A DNA stretch of 64,000 nt from Moniliella sp. 'wahieum' (Eukaryota), in NCBI GenBank assembly GCA_003971905.1, contig RSEE01000030.1, positions 496,001-560,000 of the forward strand, read 5' to 3'. A model generated the notes under the pieces. The model was given only the letters and a program-made list of their open reading frames with translations. It ran no database searches and was not told the DNA's origin. Position numbers and translations under genes: made by a program. Shown piece by piece: positions 38,220 to 53,200 of the stretch (position 1 is its first letter; each line of letters starts with the position of its first letter).

Positions 38220-41200
38220 ATGAATCCGCGCTACCCCCCCGACATGTCCATCGCCCCGTCCCTCGATCCGTCCGTGGGAAAAGTGGCTGGCCCGCTACCG
38301 CGCCGGCACCTGGCAGGACCCCGCCCTGCCCATCCTTCCCCGCTCCACCTCCTCCCGCACCATGCCCGTTGTCCAGGCCCCTCTCCCGCCCAAGCGCGCC
38401 TCCTCCAGCGTCCACTTCAAACGCGCCGGCGTCTCCTTTGACGTCTCCATGGCCAGGGCCAACGCGTCTGCTGCTCACGCCACCGCCCCCCGCAGCAGCG
38501 CCCCCTCCGCCGGGTCCAAGGCCCGTCGCCAGCGACGCCGCCAGATCGCCCGTCAGCAGAACATGGTTACCGACGAGTCTGGCGAACAGCTGGACACACT
38601 TGGTGCGTATCCCCCCCTCCCGCCCCCGCCCACCTCCGGGCGCCACTGGATAGTACAGATCGCAGCAGCCTTTCGTGCTCCGTCTCCGATGCCGAACCTC
38701 GACCTGGTGCTAACCACTCCCATCCCCTTTGTTTGACCATTGCAATCTCCTTTCCCCCTCCCTGTGTAGACTTTTCAAGAAACACGGTTACATGAATGCC
38801 CCCAGTTTGTTGGGCAAAAAGCGCTCCCGCCGTGCCGCGCTCATCCGCCACGGCCTCTACCCACTGCAAACCACCCCTTTTTTGCAACGCTATGTCACGT
38901 TCCTCCGACTGCGTTCAAAGTGCCTATGCGGCGGTCACCATGCCCTCGGACAACCAAGACATTAGCATCGTGTCCCAAGCCGGTGGCGACGCCAACATCA
39001 GCAGCATCCCTCGTTACAATCCCTCTGTTCCCATGCGATGCTGCACGATGGGTTGTTTATAGTGGAGGACATGTTGCAAGATTGGCGGTTCAAACATGCT
39101 CCCTCTTCCGTCGGCGAGGGCTTTGAGGCAGTCGCGGACGGAGAAACGTTCCGCTTTTACGCCTCAGTACCGGTCAGCTGTCGCTACCGGCCCAGGACCC
39201 TCGCTTTCCCGACGAGCACATTGATGTGGGCCGTCTGATGATTATGGATCATGTGCCGCGCACGCTGGACGAGGCGGACGTGCATTGCTCAATGATATTT
39301 CGTTTATGGTGTCGGAGGCGTTTGACAATGCCTACCGTGAACGCCTGGGCGAAAAGACGGCACGAATGGCACAGAGTTTGGGATATCTAGCGCTGTCTGT
39401 CGACAACCCCAAATTGCTACGCAAGTTCAACAAGAGGCCGTCGGGGGGCAGTATGACTTCGTCTACGTCCGAAACCTCTGACCTGGACGAAGAAGCCGAG
39501 TCGTGCCAACGCACTCAACTTGTTTGCCAGTCGCTCCGATCCACGCTCAATGCCCAGACGGCGTTTGCGATTGACGTACGAGAGCTGAATGGATGCCCCC
39601 AAGCACCGTAGCCACCGGGAGCGCCACCGACAGCGTGCCGCCTTCCCCCGCGCATCGTGGTCCCAAACCTCCATCTCCCCGCTCGACTCACCTCAGACCG
39701 AGCTCCCGCCCGCCTCGGGCGAGCCTACCACGCTCGCGCGCAGCCCGGACGCAGCGCTGGACCCAGCACCGGATCTGCCATCGCCCCGACCGGAAAGCCA
39801 AACACCTCGTTCCCCTGGTTCTACCACCTTGACTACGCCTACCTCTTCTTCGCCCCGCGTAACGAGCGCCTACATCCCCGACACGGTCACCTACGGACCG
39901 GATCTGTCTCGGCTCACTTTGGCCACAACCCTGCCGGGGACGACGACGACGAGAATCGGCATGGACATGCTCATTTGCAAGCGTTTGACGGACCCGACGA
40001 GGAAATGATGCCCGATGTGAGTTCGGCCGAGCGGTGCGCGAATTGAAAGAACTCTTGTCTTTGGCCCAACAATCGCACAACCCGGGCCAAGCTCACTTTT
40101 GGGCCAACTTGGGCGATGGCTCCAACAGCAATTATCCACCGATTCCGAACACGAACTCTCCACCCCGGTTCGGCATCCAATCCGGGCTTGTCCGAGTCGT
40201 CCGAAGGCTCGGTCGAATTCAGTCCCTTGTCGGCCATTGTCACCAAAGACACGCGCATGTACGCCACGGTGCCGTCTTGTCGGCGTCGCGGGCCAAGATC
40301 CGCAAAGTGCTCGTGATTACCTTCCGTCGCTCTTGGCATTGGACCAGTCGGACCTGCTCTTTCTCCATGCTGCTGCCAACATTTGCACGCCTCGATCACG
40401 CGGCAAGAGGCCGCTGCGGCCGAGCAGGCTCAGCTGGCGTTTATCCAAACTGTGCAACATGAGCTGCGCACGCCGCTGCATGGGATTGGGCGTGGCGGAA
40501 GATTTGCGGCATGCGCTCCACAACCGCTCCCTGGTAACCGAGGCAGAAAAGCACTGTTTGACCCAAGCCGAGTACTTGGACCGGTCGCTCGAGGTGATTG
40601 ATTGGCTGGTTCGTCGCTTACCAGGCTGTTGGACGACGTGTTGGATTTTGGCCAGGTGACTGGGGTCAAGTCGGTTTCGGATCCCGTTTCGCGCGCGGGG
40701 CAGGTGGATGAGACGGAGGCGTTTGAGACGCTGGACATTGCTGAGTGGATCGAGGATTTGGCGCGCAAGATTTATGCGTACGAAAAGATGATGCGACGAG
40801 TCAAGTCAGGGCAACTGGCCCTGTCTCGCGCCAAAGAGAGCCGGGCCATGCCCGATTTTATTCTGCGCTTGTCGGACGAAGTGCAAGCGTGGGCATGGGT
40901 AACGAGGACCACCACCTTGACCAAGGTGATCAATCGCATCGTCGGCAACGCCTTCCGCTTTACCGATTCGGGCGAAATTGAGTTACGAGTGGATGTGGTG
41001 GAAGGGGAAGGAAATGAGGACCAGCTCTTGTTTACTATTTCGGACACGGGCGCGGGCATGTCCCAAGACTTTATTCGTCACCAACTCTTCCGTCCGTTTA
41101 CCAAGGGCTCCTCTTTTACCCCGGCGCTGGGTTGGGTATGACGTTGTGGCGCTGCTGGCCCAAGAGATGGGCGCACAGCTTCACGTTAGTTCCGAGTGTG

Positions 41201-42606
41201 GCACAGGGACACAAATTTCGTTGCGGGTGCCGGCGGAACGGGTGCAGCCAATCGAAGGCGATAGCCATTTGGACGGGTAGGCGACGAGCGGATGAGTGCC
41301 GCGCCTACCGCCCCTCCGCTCTTCTTTTTCATCCAGCCCTCGCCCAAGAAGGCACTGATTGAGTTTGTTCAGCACGAACTGCTCAAACGGGGGTTGCTCC
41401 AGGCCCAGTCGATGGCCGAAGCCAATGTGGTGGTGATGGATACGGTGGACACATCCGCGTTCAACTTAACGTCGGTTGACTTGCATCCCGATGCCAAGGT
41501 CGTCCTGTTGGGTTCGGCGGGCATGTCGTTACCGTCGACGGGACGGTTCATTGGACCCCCATGTACGTCATGCGGCCCCCGCATGGTCCTCGCGAACTTC
41601 GACGACGCATGATGGCGTTTGTCAAGGACGACCATGCCAAGTTAGTGCAGAATACGATGATGCCGGTGCGCGATTTGGATGCGGTATCGGTCGCGTCGTC
41701 CACGGCCACTTCCATCTCGCCATGGAACGTACGCAAACGGCTCGACACCCCTCTCTCACCCCCACCCTCCTCGGCTCTGGCTACAACCACGTGTACAGCC
41801 AGCATAGCGCCACCGATCCACGCGGCGCTCGTGCCGCCCGACGTGGACGTGCCTGGGGCGGACACCAAGCGCAGCAAAGAGGAATTCAAAGTATTGGTCG
41901 TGGAGGACAATCCGATCAACATGCGGTTATTAACTACGATCGTCAAACGACTTGGGTTCCAGTACGCCGAAGCGGTAGATGGCGCCGAGGCGGTGAGCAA
42001 GTACACGGCGTTCGAACCGGTGGTCATCTTACTGGACATTTCGCTCCCGGTCCAAGACGGGTTTGCGGCCGCGCGGCAGATCCGTACGCGCGCGGCACCC
42101 TTGGGCTTGACGCCGTTGATTGTCGCCATCACGGCCTTGTCGTCAGAACAAGACCAACAACGTGGTCTGTTCGAATGTGGGATGGACGTGTGGCGCACCA
42201 AACCCGTTTCCCCCCCCCTTGTTGTCGGCTGAATTGCAAGATTGGTTTCAACGCTGGCTCGATCACCCTTTCCGACCACTTGCTCCCCCGCCCCACACGC
42301 CACTTCGGCCCCAGCACCAGCACCAGCTCCAGCGACAGTTCCACCACCAGCACAGGAACGGCACAGACACAGACACAGCCTCCCCTCGCCCCTGGTCCCT
42401 CCGCTGCGCAAAAGCTTGCGGCGTCCAGGTCGAGCCCTGCTCTCTCTTCCCCGTCCCCATCCGTCCCCCCGTCCGCTTCCCCGTCCCGACCTCAGTCTCA
42501 TCCGAGTCCCACCTCCGTCCCACCAACTCGCGATGAATGTGCCGCGGCCGTGGCGGCGGTGGGGAAGGGGGTAGGATCCACGCAAACAAGGAAACTGGGA
42601 TCGTAG
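38220..42606 (+). CDS. Hybrid sensor histidine kinase (GAF - HisKA - HATPase - receiver); probable intron ending near 38769; many frameshifts
   Basis: GAF: FIVEDMLQDWRF, FRFYASVPV, VGRLMIMD. H-box: FIQTVQHELRTPLHGI. N/G boxes: IVGNAFRFTDSG, ISDTGAGMS, LFRPFTKG. Receiver: VLVVEDNPIN, LLDISLPVQDG, IVAITAL, GMDVWRTKPV. Confidence 0.9.
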
Positions 42607-43583
42607 AGTCGGCTCTTTTGTCTGTGTTTGTGTTGTGGTTGTGTTTGTGTCGGTGTCGGTGTTGCGTTGACGGGTGTGGATGCGGGTGCGGGTAAGGGTA
42701 TACGGTTATGCTCGTTTGGTGAATTGGTTGTGCCTGCCCTCGTGCTCATCCGCCCTAAGGTTTAAGGCCCGCTCGTACGCCCGTAGGGCCCTGCATGTCC
42801 GTCGGCACTAGTTTTGTTTTCTTTGGTTTCTGGTTTGCTGGTTTGCATCACGTCTTCAAGCTTTATTCGTGAAAAAGGATACTTTTCTAGGCCTCCTCTC
42901 TCTATTCCCCCCTCCTCATCGATCATCCCATCCCATCCCATCCCATTCCATCTCGTTTCGTATCGTCTTGTCTCATGTGCTTGCTTGGGGTTCGGCCACT
43001 CTCCTATCTTGCTGCCAATCCCATCAGCTCTCCCGCCCTCTCGCGCACCAGCGCACCAGCCTTCCAGGCGTCGGGCTTACTGCCCCACCCACCACCCGGC
43101 TCTCCGCGTCGCTATAGTACCAATCTACTATCCATCTCCCCGCGCCCCGTCCATGCGCCAGCAAGCATGGCTTGTCCCGCAGCTAACGGCAGGCACAAGT
43201 ATGAGAGAGGCAAACGGAAAGAGAAAGAGGAAGAAAAAGAAAATGGGTCAATCAATCGGGGGTAGAGCTTCGGGGAGGGGGGGGGGGGGAGGTGTAGTTG
43301 GGACAGGCAGGAAGGGCAAGGTGGGGCGCGAGGAACGAGCAACTAGAGTAAGGGTAAGGGCAAGGGCACGGCGAGTCAGACACGGTGGGTGGAGGCGACC
43401 ATGGCGGTGTGTAGTAACAGCGTATCGGACAGAGATACCATGGGAAAGAGAGCGAAGGGGTAGAGGGCGAGAGAGACACAAGAAGGCAAAGAGCGCCTTG
43501 GAAGAAACGATGCGTAAAAAGCCGTAAGAGGGTCGGCGGACAGGTGGGCCACCTTCCTGCCCCCCTTTGTTTGGGTGGTTTCG

Positions 43584-46500
43584 TCACGCCACACATAGGG
43601 GGGTGCCACCATCAACGTCGTACCGGGCACAGCGGGCGCAACCGAAGGAAGCAACTCGCCTTCGTCCGTACCGGAAGAGTGCGGGACAGCAATCTGCAAC
43701 GAATCGAGCAACGCAGCGACGGCTGTCGTCGGCTCTGCGTGGCCCCGCCCGCGACCACCTGCGCCGCGGCGGGAGCAAGACGACGACGAGCTCCGTGCTG
43801 CTTGGCTGGCACCAACGCATCTTCTCCTTCCCCGTTCGCCTCGGACTCCGAGTCGGCCTCGCTTGACTCTTCCTCCAACCGGGCCGAAGGCGGCGCACCA
43901 GCCAACGCCGAGCGCAGATCCGACACCGTCGTCGGTCCCGCCCCGCCCGTTTCCACCGACGGGGCAGGACGAAAGAGGGGGCCTGTGGATGCCCCCTCTC
44001 CCGCAGGCACCACGCTGGGTGCCACCGAGCGTCGTCCAGCGCTGGGACCGGAACTGGGTCCAAGGCTGAGCCCCCCCGTGCTACGAGCAAACGAGGCGCG
44101 GAACCACCAAACGATGCCCCACGCACCGTCGCACCCCGCCCACCAAATGAGGTTGCAGCAGCGAGCCGACGCAAGTGACTTGCCCCCGTGCCCGGCCGAC
44201 CAAGCTGTGGGAGCAGCCAAGTTGAGCCCCGAATAGTCCGATGGACCAAAGCCCGTGTCATCAGCGTTAGTAGCCAAGGGCGAGATCCCGGTAAAGCTAT
44301 CGTCCACCGCTTGCTCCACCGACCAGGGACGGCGGAACCATTGAGCCAATTGGGCCTCAGTCAAGGTGCTGGCCGCTTGCAGGCCGGGAGCCTTGCTAAA
44401 GTACGAGATGAGCGTTCGTGGTTCACCACTGGCAGCATCTTGAGTACTTTCTCTTCAAACCCAGCCGGTGCGTCCCCCGGCGGGAAGGGGGACACGTCTT
44501 CGGGCGGCTGAAGCGAATCGGGCGCCGAGGGCATATCCATCTCTGTCGCTGGCAGCGACTCGAGGTGCTGAGAAGCGCGGGTGGGGATAAGCAGGCAGGT
44601 TAGCTTTGGGCAAAGAGGGAAAAGAGAACAAAGTGCGAGCAGAGGGGAGGGAGAAAAGACGTACGTCCAGGAACATGTTGTGCAATTCAAACGCGCCCAC
44701 TTTTTGCGCCGCCAAGGCATAGGTGTGGAGAATGACCCCCTTGATCGCATAGCCGTTGGGCCTCAATCCCACCCCACGAGTTGGGAATGAGGTAGTGCTC
44801 GCGCCGCTCGAACTTGGACGCCAGACGCGAGGGGGCTTGGTCCTCGAGGTACATGAGCATGGGCAGGAACGCAAGCAAGGCCGAGACGGGTAAGTGGTTG
44901 ATTGCGTTTTCTAGAATCGCCTTGATCGCCCCATAATCCACCGGGTTGGCCGACGCAATAAAGTCGGGCACAATCGGACGGTGCGGGTTGCCATTGGAGC
45001 CCTCAACACCCAGCAGCAAGTCCAGCGTACGAGGTGAAGTAGCATGGTCGGGTACAAACAGTGCACGCGCAATCGCCAGTTCAAACACCCCCGCCGCCAC
45101 AGCATGCAGCGTTCCAATCGTCTGTTCCACCGACCGAATGTAGACATTGTTCCAGGGCGTCTTGCCGACGCTCGCCCTGGCTTCCTCGGTTGCCGGAAGT
45201 TCGCTGACCGTCGTGCCCGTCGACGTTGTCTCGGCCCGAAGGAAGAGGACGAGCGTTTGGGCAAAGGCCAAACGGCAAATGGCCGAGGGCCACGCCAACA
45301 GACCCGAGATGGGGTGCAAGACGCTCAACGGAATGTTGGCCACTGTCTTGTTGGACAAGGCATGCGCCGGGCGTTTCGACGATCCCACCTTGGCGCTGGA
45401 CTTTGTCAGAGGCCGGTCCACTTCTGCCCCGTCCGAGTCGGACCGGTTGTCCCGTTCCACCTCTTCAAATGCGTCCCCTTGCATATCCACCTCCACGTGG
45501 CGGCCGGCTGCGGGAGCGACGTGTCCGAGTGCAAGTTGCGTAGGGTCGCCATCAGCGCATAAAGCAGCACCCGAATACTCTCATCCTTCTGTTGCTCTTC
45601 GTCCGTGTCGGCTTGACGAGCTGGGGCGTGACCGCCGTACAACGAATCCGTCTCGCCTGCCGCAACGGCAACAATGTCCGATTCCGGTCGCTGCAGCACC
45701 TCAATTCGCTCCGAAATCTCCTCGGCAATGTCGGCCATTTGCTCGGCGTAGTACACATGGTTGCTCAACGCACCAATGGTGCGCACCAAGTCCGGGAGCA
45801 ACGGGTCATCCAAGTCGGCATGTACGCGTTGGACAGTCAAGCCAAGGAAGTTGTCGACCAACTCGGACGAGGCCAGTCCGATGAGTGATACATTGCTCTC
45901 CAACACGCGCTGAATCATGAGCACGAGCGTGACTTGCTGTACACTGGGCTGGGTGGCAACCTGGTGGGAACCAGGCGCGTCGGTGCCAGCGTCCATCAAC
46001 CGGTCGGCCAGAACATGGACTACCGTGCAACGGTATTGCACGCCCGTCCAGAGCACGTATACCTTGGCCAGCCAGGTGCACCACGCCGACGCGCGCCAGT
46101 ATGAATGCGCAGCGGGCCGTTTTCCCTCAATGAAATCAAGCGTCTGCGCAGTGAGGAGCTGTAGTTGTCCAGCGTCCGCGCTGGAAAGGAGCGCATGAAG
46201 GATATGCATCGCTTCTTGCGTCACGCTGCGCACCGACAAGCTCGGGTCGTGCGCGGGCGCGGCGCCAGTCTCAGCGGCTTCGGTGTGCGCCCGCACCCGG
46301 TCTGCGGCATAGTGAGATGGAGCGGCGCGCGAGGCCAGCTGGCTGCGGGTCGAGTTTGCAGCGGCAGCCAAGTCCTCATTCACATCGTCCGGAACCAGTT
46401 CACGGGCCGTTTCCTCGAGGAAAGGCATATCGATGATGTCGTCGGACGTGTTGCGCGCCGCGGCCGATTTGTCGGTCGTCGGGGCCAAGTTGACCAACAG

Positions 46501-47164
46501 GGCAGGCAGAAGAATGGCCGTGAGTTGAGAAAAGGTCGAGCCATAGAGCAGCTCACCGCTCACCAGCCCGCGGAGGGCAGCAAGTCCGGCGAGCCGGGCC
46601 CGCGCTTCATCGTCCTGGTCTATGCCTTTTAGGTTGGCAGACGGGTCGGCACAGGCCAACGCGGCGAAGTCAACGAGAAGCGCACCGAGGGAGGCGGGAG
46701 CCCGAGTCGAGGATGGTGATTTGCGGGTCGATGACGGTTGCAAATGTGTAGAAGAGGCTGGCGGCGCGCAGGGTGAGTTCAATGTCACGTTTGGCGTCGG
46801 GGGCAGCGGTGCGGGCGGCACCAAGGGTGGCGAGGAGAATGGCCTGGACGGGTTTTTCAAAGTAGTTGAGGCTCAAGGGCGTGTTTTGCACCAGGGCTTC
46901 GGCAATGGCGAGAGTGACCATGAGCCCAGCCTTGGCCTGGTCGTGGGGGCGAGAAAGCTGGCGGGCATAGGCCTTGGCGCGCTCGGCGAGGACATGGCCG
47001 ACCTTGAGGAGCTTGGAAGGCTTGTTGGCGGCGTAGTACTCGAGCTTGCCGAGCTCGTTGGAGTTGGGGCGGTACTCGGGGGCGGAGGCGACGAGGGCCT
47101 TGGGGGGGGGGTAGCACGCGTCGACCAGGGCACGGTGGTTGGGCTTGGGGATGCCGGGGGCCAT
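43584..47164 (-). CDS. EFR3: EFR3 (plasma-membrane scaffold of the PI 4-kinase Stt4 complex); intron 44568-44664; frameshifts
   Basis: N-terminus HRALVDACYPP..RPNSNELGKLEYYAANKPSKLLKVG; WTGVQYR, SLIGLASSEL, IGALSNHVYYAEQMADI; PPY near the C-terminus. Confidence 0.88.
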
Positions 47165-48557
47165 GGCGGCGGGGGGCGGGGCGGAGGGGGAGGTGGTGGG
47201 GCGGGGTGAATGCGGTCCGCGGGGGGGCGTGCTGGGTGGGTAGTGTGCTGTGCGCCATGGCAGCTGCAGCCCCGCCGCCCGCCCCGTAGTCACTCCTGGC
47301 GTTTCGCTGTGGCCGGCGCGCATTCACGGTATATTCTCGGCGAGCATTCACGCCGCCCCGCTTACGTCACCGGCTCTCGTGCGGGGCACATCGCTCGGGC
47401 GCTGCCCCGCTGCCCGCCCCCGCACGGCGCCAGTGCCGGCCGCCACCCCACCCTGGCCTCTCTGGCATGGCCCCCTGCAGCGTCGCTGGCCTTGCCTGGC
47501 GGGGTGCCTGCGGGCATCCGCACGCGCCCCCAGGCCCAGCTCCCGATCTACCCCAGCCTATGTACACCCGCAGGGCATCCGCCGACACTCGCCCCACGCC
47601 GGCTGGTCACATGCACATCACATCTCCACATCCTCTTCTGCTGCTCCCGTTCACGCGGTCACGCGCATTCCCCCCGCACCCACGTTCACGTCCAACGCCC
47701 ACACACTAGCGACAGCCCTCTTCCACCCACCATCGTGTAGGCTACCCCCCCGTTCCGTTCACTTGTCAGTACTCAGTACTAGCGGGACGAGGCAGCGAGC
47801 CCCAAGTCGAGTTCATTGGGCCACGCCCCACGCGCTCGCTCTCGTCGCTGCATCGATCAAAATAAGAAGATGCACTGGACGCCCATTCAATATTCACCCC
47901 TCCTGCGGTTTGCTTGGAAAAGAATAGAGGGGAGCATGGGTGGGTTGGACAGGGCCAAACGTCGCATCTGGCACACTAATAGTAGTAAATCCATGTGTTG
48001 GTCGTTTCTTCCTGTGTTGCCAGAACCGCGGCGCCATGACCCCAAGATCCCAAGCAGGGGAAAAGTCAAGAGAACGGGGGGAAGGAGAGACAAGGAGAGA
48101 ACTACTTTGGTGTGCAACCTCTCGCACCATTCCTCCTGCCAGAGGGCAACTGAACAGACAGGGCAGGGCAGGGAGCAGGTCTACCACGAACTATAAGGTC
48201 GATCCCAGTGGCACACACAGCTACTCCAGTCCACTCGCATTCAGCGTTCGCATCGAGTCGGGACCAAATAGGACACAGCGGCGTACATTGGCCATGGGGG
48301 GACACACACACAAGAAGAAGACAGGCGGTTACACAGGCGACCAAATGCATTGGAGAAGCATGAGGGGGGAGGGAGGGGGGAGGAAGATATGTCTTGTCCA
48401 ACACCCAACAGCAGCCACCAGGGACTTGGGACCAAGAACGCCCCGTCACCCCCATGCCACCGCACGAGAACGCAAGTGTGCAGGGGGGAAAGGGGGGTTG
48501 GTGGGCAAGGTGCCAGGTCACACGTTGTTTTCAAGGTCATTGTCCAGCGCAAAAGAA

Positions 48558-50207
48558 TTAGGTCGCCTTGGGTTTGTCCTCCGTCGAAGCTTCCGAGCTT
48601 GGTTCGTCCTCCACCTCGGTCAGCGTCGCGCCATGCTCCGCCTTGTCCTCTGCATCGTCGTCCTCTTCCGAGGCAATGTGCGCCTCGTAGATCTGGTCTC
48701 CCTCCGACGAGGTGCCGGGGCCCGGGCGGAGCACAATGCCAGCGCCAGCAAGCGCTTGCGCCAATGCACCGGGTAACCGCAACCCCGACCCTTCGTCATC
48801 ATCTTGTCCGCCCTGCAAGTCGCCAGCCAAGGCAGAGAAGATGCTCATCGGCGGACCACCCTGTCCGCCCAGGCTCAGTCGCACCGTTCCATCCTCCTCT
48901 TCCTCGTCCTCGTCGCGTCCGAGCCGTCGGGCCCAAGCCCAGTCCCGCCACGCGAACGGAACACCTCGGGGATCGTCTCGGGTGTATCCCATCCAACCTT
49001 GTTGTCGACGCGCTCCTTGATCCAGGCATAGTACTCCTCCTTCGTCCGTCCACCCAGCAAGGCCACAATCTCAATCGTCATGTTGTCGCATCCAATGCCG
49101 CCCGCCTCCGAAGGCGGCGCAAGGCACTTGTCCATAATCTGCTCGCACAGAGCCTTGGGTTCCTCGCCCTTGGCCAGACCGCGACGGACAAAGTCCACCA
49201 CCTGCTGGTTCGAGAGACAGTCCCAGATCCCATCGCAGGCAAGCACCAGGAACTCCTCCTCGCCCGTCACGTCGTGAATGACAATCTCCGGATCGGCCGT
49301 GACAATCTGTTGCTCGGGCGGCAGGTCCGGGTTCTGCTTAAACTCAAAGTCGCCAATCGCGCGCGACAGGGCCAGGTTGCCATTGACCCGACCAAACTCG
49401 ACAAAGCCACCGGCAGCGCAGATGCGCGCATTCTCGTCCGGGTTGGTAGGCTTGTGGTCAAACGACATGGGCTTGGCCTCGCCCTGCAGGGACAACACAC
49501 TGCGCGAATCGCCCGAGTTGGCCACATAGATTCTCCGTGCCACTTTTTCTGGCTTGTCCGGCTGTGGCACCTCGTTCGCCTTCTCCTCAGCCGTCTTGGG
49601 CGTCTTGACTAGCAGCGCGGCCACCGCCGTACACCCACTCGGGTCTTGCGCATACTGCGGCGACGCACGCAGCGCCTCGTCAGTCGCGAGGAAGGCACGC
49701 TTGAGCGCAGCCGGTAGTCGCCCTTCTTGTACTCCTCCGTCTCAATCAGGCGCGTGTGCACCGTCTTGCCGGAGAACTGGGCGACCGCAGAGCCTAATGT
49801 AGCAACCACACACGTCAGACACCATGAGGGGTGGGGGGGGAGGGCAAGAAAAGGGAGAGGGGTACGTACCGCCATGGCCGTCATAGACAGCAAAGAAGCT
49901 GGTCTTTTCGTCGCCGACTTTGCCGTCGAGGTTGAGGATGGTCGCATGGGCATCCTCCATGCCTGCCAGAACGCAAAGCAGAGTCAATACGAGGGAGGAT
50001 GTGAGAGGGGGGAGGGGAGAGGGGACCTACCCAGACGCCAGCCTTGCATCTCCGAACAGCATAGATGATGGTGTCGTCCTCATCAAAGAGGGTGTGCTGG
50101 AGGGGAGAGGGAGGGGGGGGGGGTCAGTCAGATGCGGCGCGGGCAGGGCAGAGGCGGGGGGAGGCGGCGCACCTTTTCGGTGATGGGTTCGAGAGGGTCT
50201 GGCCCAT
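48558..50207 (-). CDS. PTC2: Type 2C protein phosphatase Ptc2/Ptc3; three short introns in the 5' part (first 50097-50172)
   Basis: MGQTLSEP, MQGWR, MEDAH, FFAVYDGHGG, SGCTAV, YVANSGDSR, SFDHKP, GRVNGNLALSRAIGDFEFK, FLVLACDGIWDC, GIGCDNMT. Confidence 0.92.
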
Positions 50208-53200
50208 GGTGGTAGCGGCGGCGGGGGGAGGGCTGGGGGGGCGCAGGGGCGGGGGGATGGTGGGGGCAGCAGAGACAGCGCCCGAAAAAAAAGCCGGGGA
50301 GGATTGGCTGGCGGACAGACAATCGCCGGGGGAGCTCCGAGCTGGACGGCGGCGGCAGGGCGGCAGAGGGCGAGAGGCGCCTGAGGCTGCGAGAGCCTGC
50401 GAGAGCCGGCCAGCGCCTGCCAGACTAACCCCGTCCGGGCTGCCCCTCCCCCTGCCGCTGGCCAGACGCGTCCCGCGGAATTAGGCGGAACGCGCTCGCA
50501 GAAAAAAAAATATTTGCAGCGGCTGCGCTCTTGCGCCATCGCGCGCCTTCACCCATCTCTCACCCGTCTGCTGCGTAGCGCTTACGCGCTTATTCCTGCC
50601 GTTTCCTCACTTGCCCCGTGCCCGCCTGCCGCTTCCAGCGTTTGAAATTTGCAGCTGGCGGTCTGGCCCCAAGTCCAGCCTCGGATGGGGCCCATCAAAA
50701 CACAAGTGTCACAGCTGTATCTACAGCAGCAGCGCAGTGGCATCCCCCGCTCCACCGTGGCCACACATATCAAGCAACTTTTGCCCATCCACAGCTGGCC
50801 TTCACTTTTTTCGGTAGGGGCAATGGAGGATATGGCCTATGGGGAGACCACTGTTTGTACACAACGAACCAGGCTGCCCCACTTGCTCCGTATCATTCAG
50901 TTGCAGGGCGAGAGCAGGACGATGTGCTGGCTTAACAAGAGATGGAAGGATGACGATCATATTCATCCAGTGGAAAGAGGGCGAGGTATATGTGCCTCGG
51001 AGAAGAAGAAAACATGCGAGCCAAGTCACACGGAGAAAGAAAGGGGCATAGTCAAATGAGGAAAACAGGCTCTAGCACAAATCAGGGCCCAGTCAACCTG
51101 GTGACTAGAAGTGTGACCAGGTGAAGGGTCTGATCCCAACATGGCCGGCATTGACGCCGTGTCTGTATCAAGTTTCGACGAATCGGAGGAGACAAGAACC
51201 CTCAAAGTAGGAAGGACAATCTCTTTTGGACTTGCTCATGAGCGTATTCCCTTTTCGGATGGGAGCGGGCAGCCGCGCGATCTACTCGTACATTCATGTA
51301 CCCCCCACATACACACGTGCTGCAGCCGACAGGTCATCAGCGACTATCTTATCAACGTTTGTTGTCCCCTCGGACACATACAGGGCAAACTCATTTACGA
51401 CACAGGGCAAGCGGTGTCAGACGAGGGGGGGGTGAGTCGGAGAGGCTCCAGAATCTCAACGGGGCCCCGACGGGCAGAGCGTGATTCAACACCGCAAAGT
51501 TTTCAACTATTACACTTGGTTTTGCTCGAAATGCCACGCAGCAGCCACGTGAATGAGTGTCTCGAGCTCCCACCTACCAGGAGATTAAGATTGGTCCCTA
51601 GCTCTGTACTATACCCTGCGCCGTTCCTTCTTAGTAGCGCAGCAAGCGCGAGTGTGGAGTGATGCCCACGCTTGAGCACACATCTTGGCTTGCACCCGCA
51701 CTCAGACTGACTTTGGTGATCGCCACGCTCGCGCATTCCGTCCCCCACCCCCACATTCACAACGAGGCGGCTGGGATTGAAGGAAGATGACGAAACGAGG
51801 CTTGGGAGGAAGGCGAGGGGTGCGAAATAGCACCGAGTGATGGGGGACATGGTGCTTTGGAAGGAGCACTGAGGGTGGAGGTGGACCACACCTCGCGCAG
51901 TCGAGCATAAAGGAGGTGATGCTGTGTACGGAACGGTGGTGCACAACGATATAAGGGATACCGCAACGCCTGTAAAGCATCGGAGGAAGGAACTGCTTCA
52001 ACTGTTGGAACAAACCGAAAGCGAGAAGGCGAAAAACTAAGCTGGGGAGCACTCAGCAGTCTTTCTCCCCTATAGTGGTTATGACCACGCCAGAATACTA
52101 TACTATCCAGGCGGCGAGGAAGATGGTGGGGAACTGGAAAGAAGTAACTGAAGAGTCTCATTGGTGATGGCTTATGGTTTAGCGCTCACATAATGTCTTC
52201 CACGCTCATTCGTACCCACCCGCGGTCTAGTACACCCAGTCTGGAGGCGAATGATGGATACCAGATAGCCCTGACCTGCGGGACTCCGTGGGGTTCCCAA
52301 TTCCATTGGGGCCAACAAGCAGTACACTACGGATGAGCAGACCGATTAGGTTCAGCGCTTCTTTGTCCTTGCCTTAAGCTCTACTGTGTAAATGCTGATA
52401 TGAACACAATGATCGAGTACTATATAGGACCAACGTGACTTTATCAAAGAGTACCACAAGCCCCACTTCTTTTTCTGCACTGTGCTATACCATGGCCACG
52501 GGGCGAAAAGTCACTAAAGGTATGGCGGTTGACCCTTCGCGTCGTGGCAGATGCCGTCATCGCCTAGGGTGCGGTCAAATCCCGCTCCTGATGTGATGGC
52601 GCTTCTTAGTTGTGAAGCCATAATGAGCTATGCTCATGATACCGATCCTGCTAACGACAATAGAAGGTCATTCTCCCTCCATAGGAAATAACCTGGTTGA
52701 TCTATGAGGATGAGAATAGTTCGGAGAAAAAAGGTGAGTATGCGGCATGTGAAAAAGACAACAGAGAAGGGCGTATAGCGGGGGCGATGCATCTCTCTTT
52801 GTGATCGTCGATGGGGCAGAAATTGTAGGCACGACAGGTGGATGTCATCGGGGGAAGTGGCTATGGGAATGTCGGGTGCTATCGTTTGTGGGAGGGTGGG
52901 AGAAGAGAGGTGGAAGTTCAAACGAAACGGTCACTACGAGAGCCAATTATAAAGAAGGGAATCAAAACCCATATACACCTGGTTACAAAATGCAGAGGAC
53001 CAGGTGTGTGGCATCCCGACATGATGAAAGATATGCCGTAGGATGTGGCATCATCTCGAATGTCACGACTGATGTCTTCAGTGATCAAACCTCTTTGCTC
53101 TTCCATCGGAAGTCAGTTGTCAGTTCAGTAGGCGCTCTCTCCGACCTCAGACATCTCGCTCAGTTTTGCATCCTCGTTTTGCCGTCGTGTGCAGTTTGAC

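Noticed and set aside
36979..38653. Long ORFs of 300+ aa in the array-rich region
   Set aside because: GC-rich low-complexity shadow ORFs with no domain motifs, overlapping repeats.
52520..52592. tRNA-like or SINE-like element (gcggtcaaatcccgc resembles a T-arm)
   Set aside because: No acceptor stem or cloverleaf could be folded.
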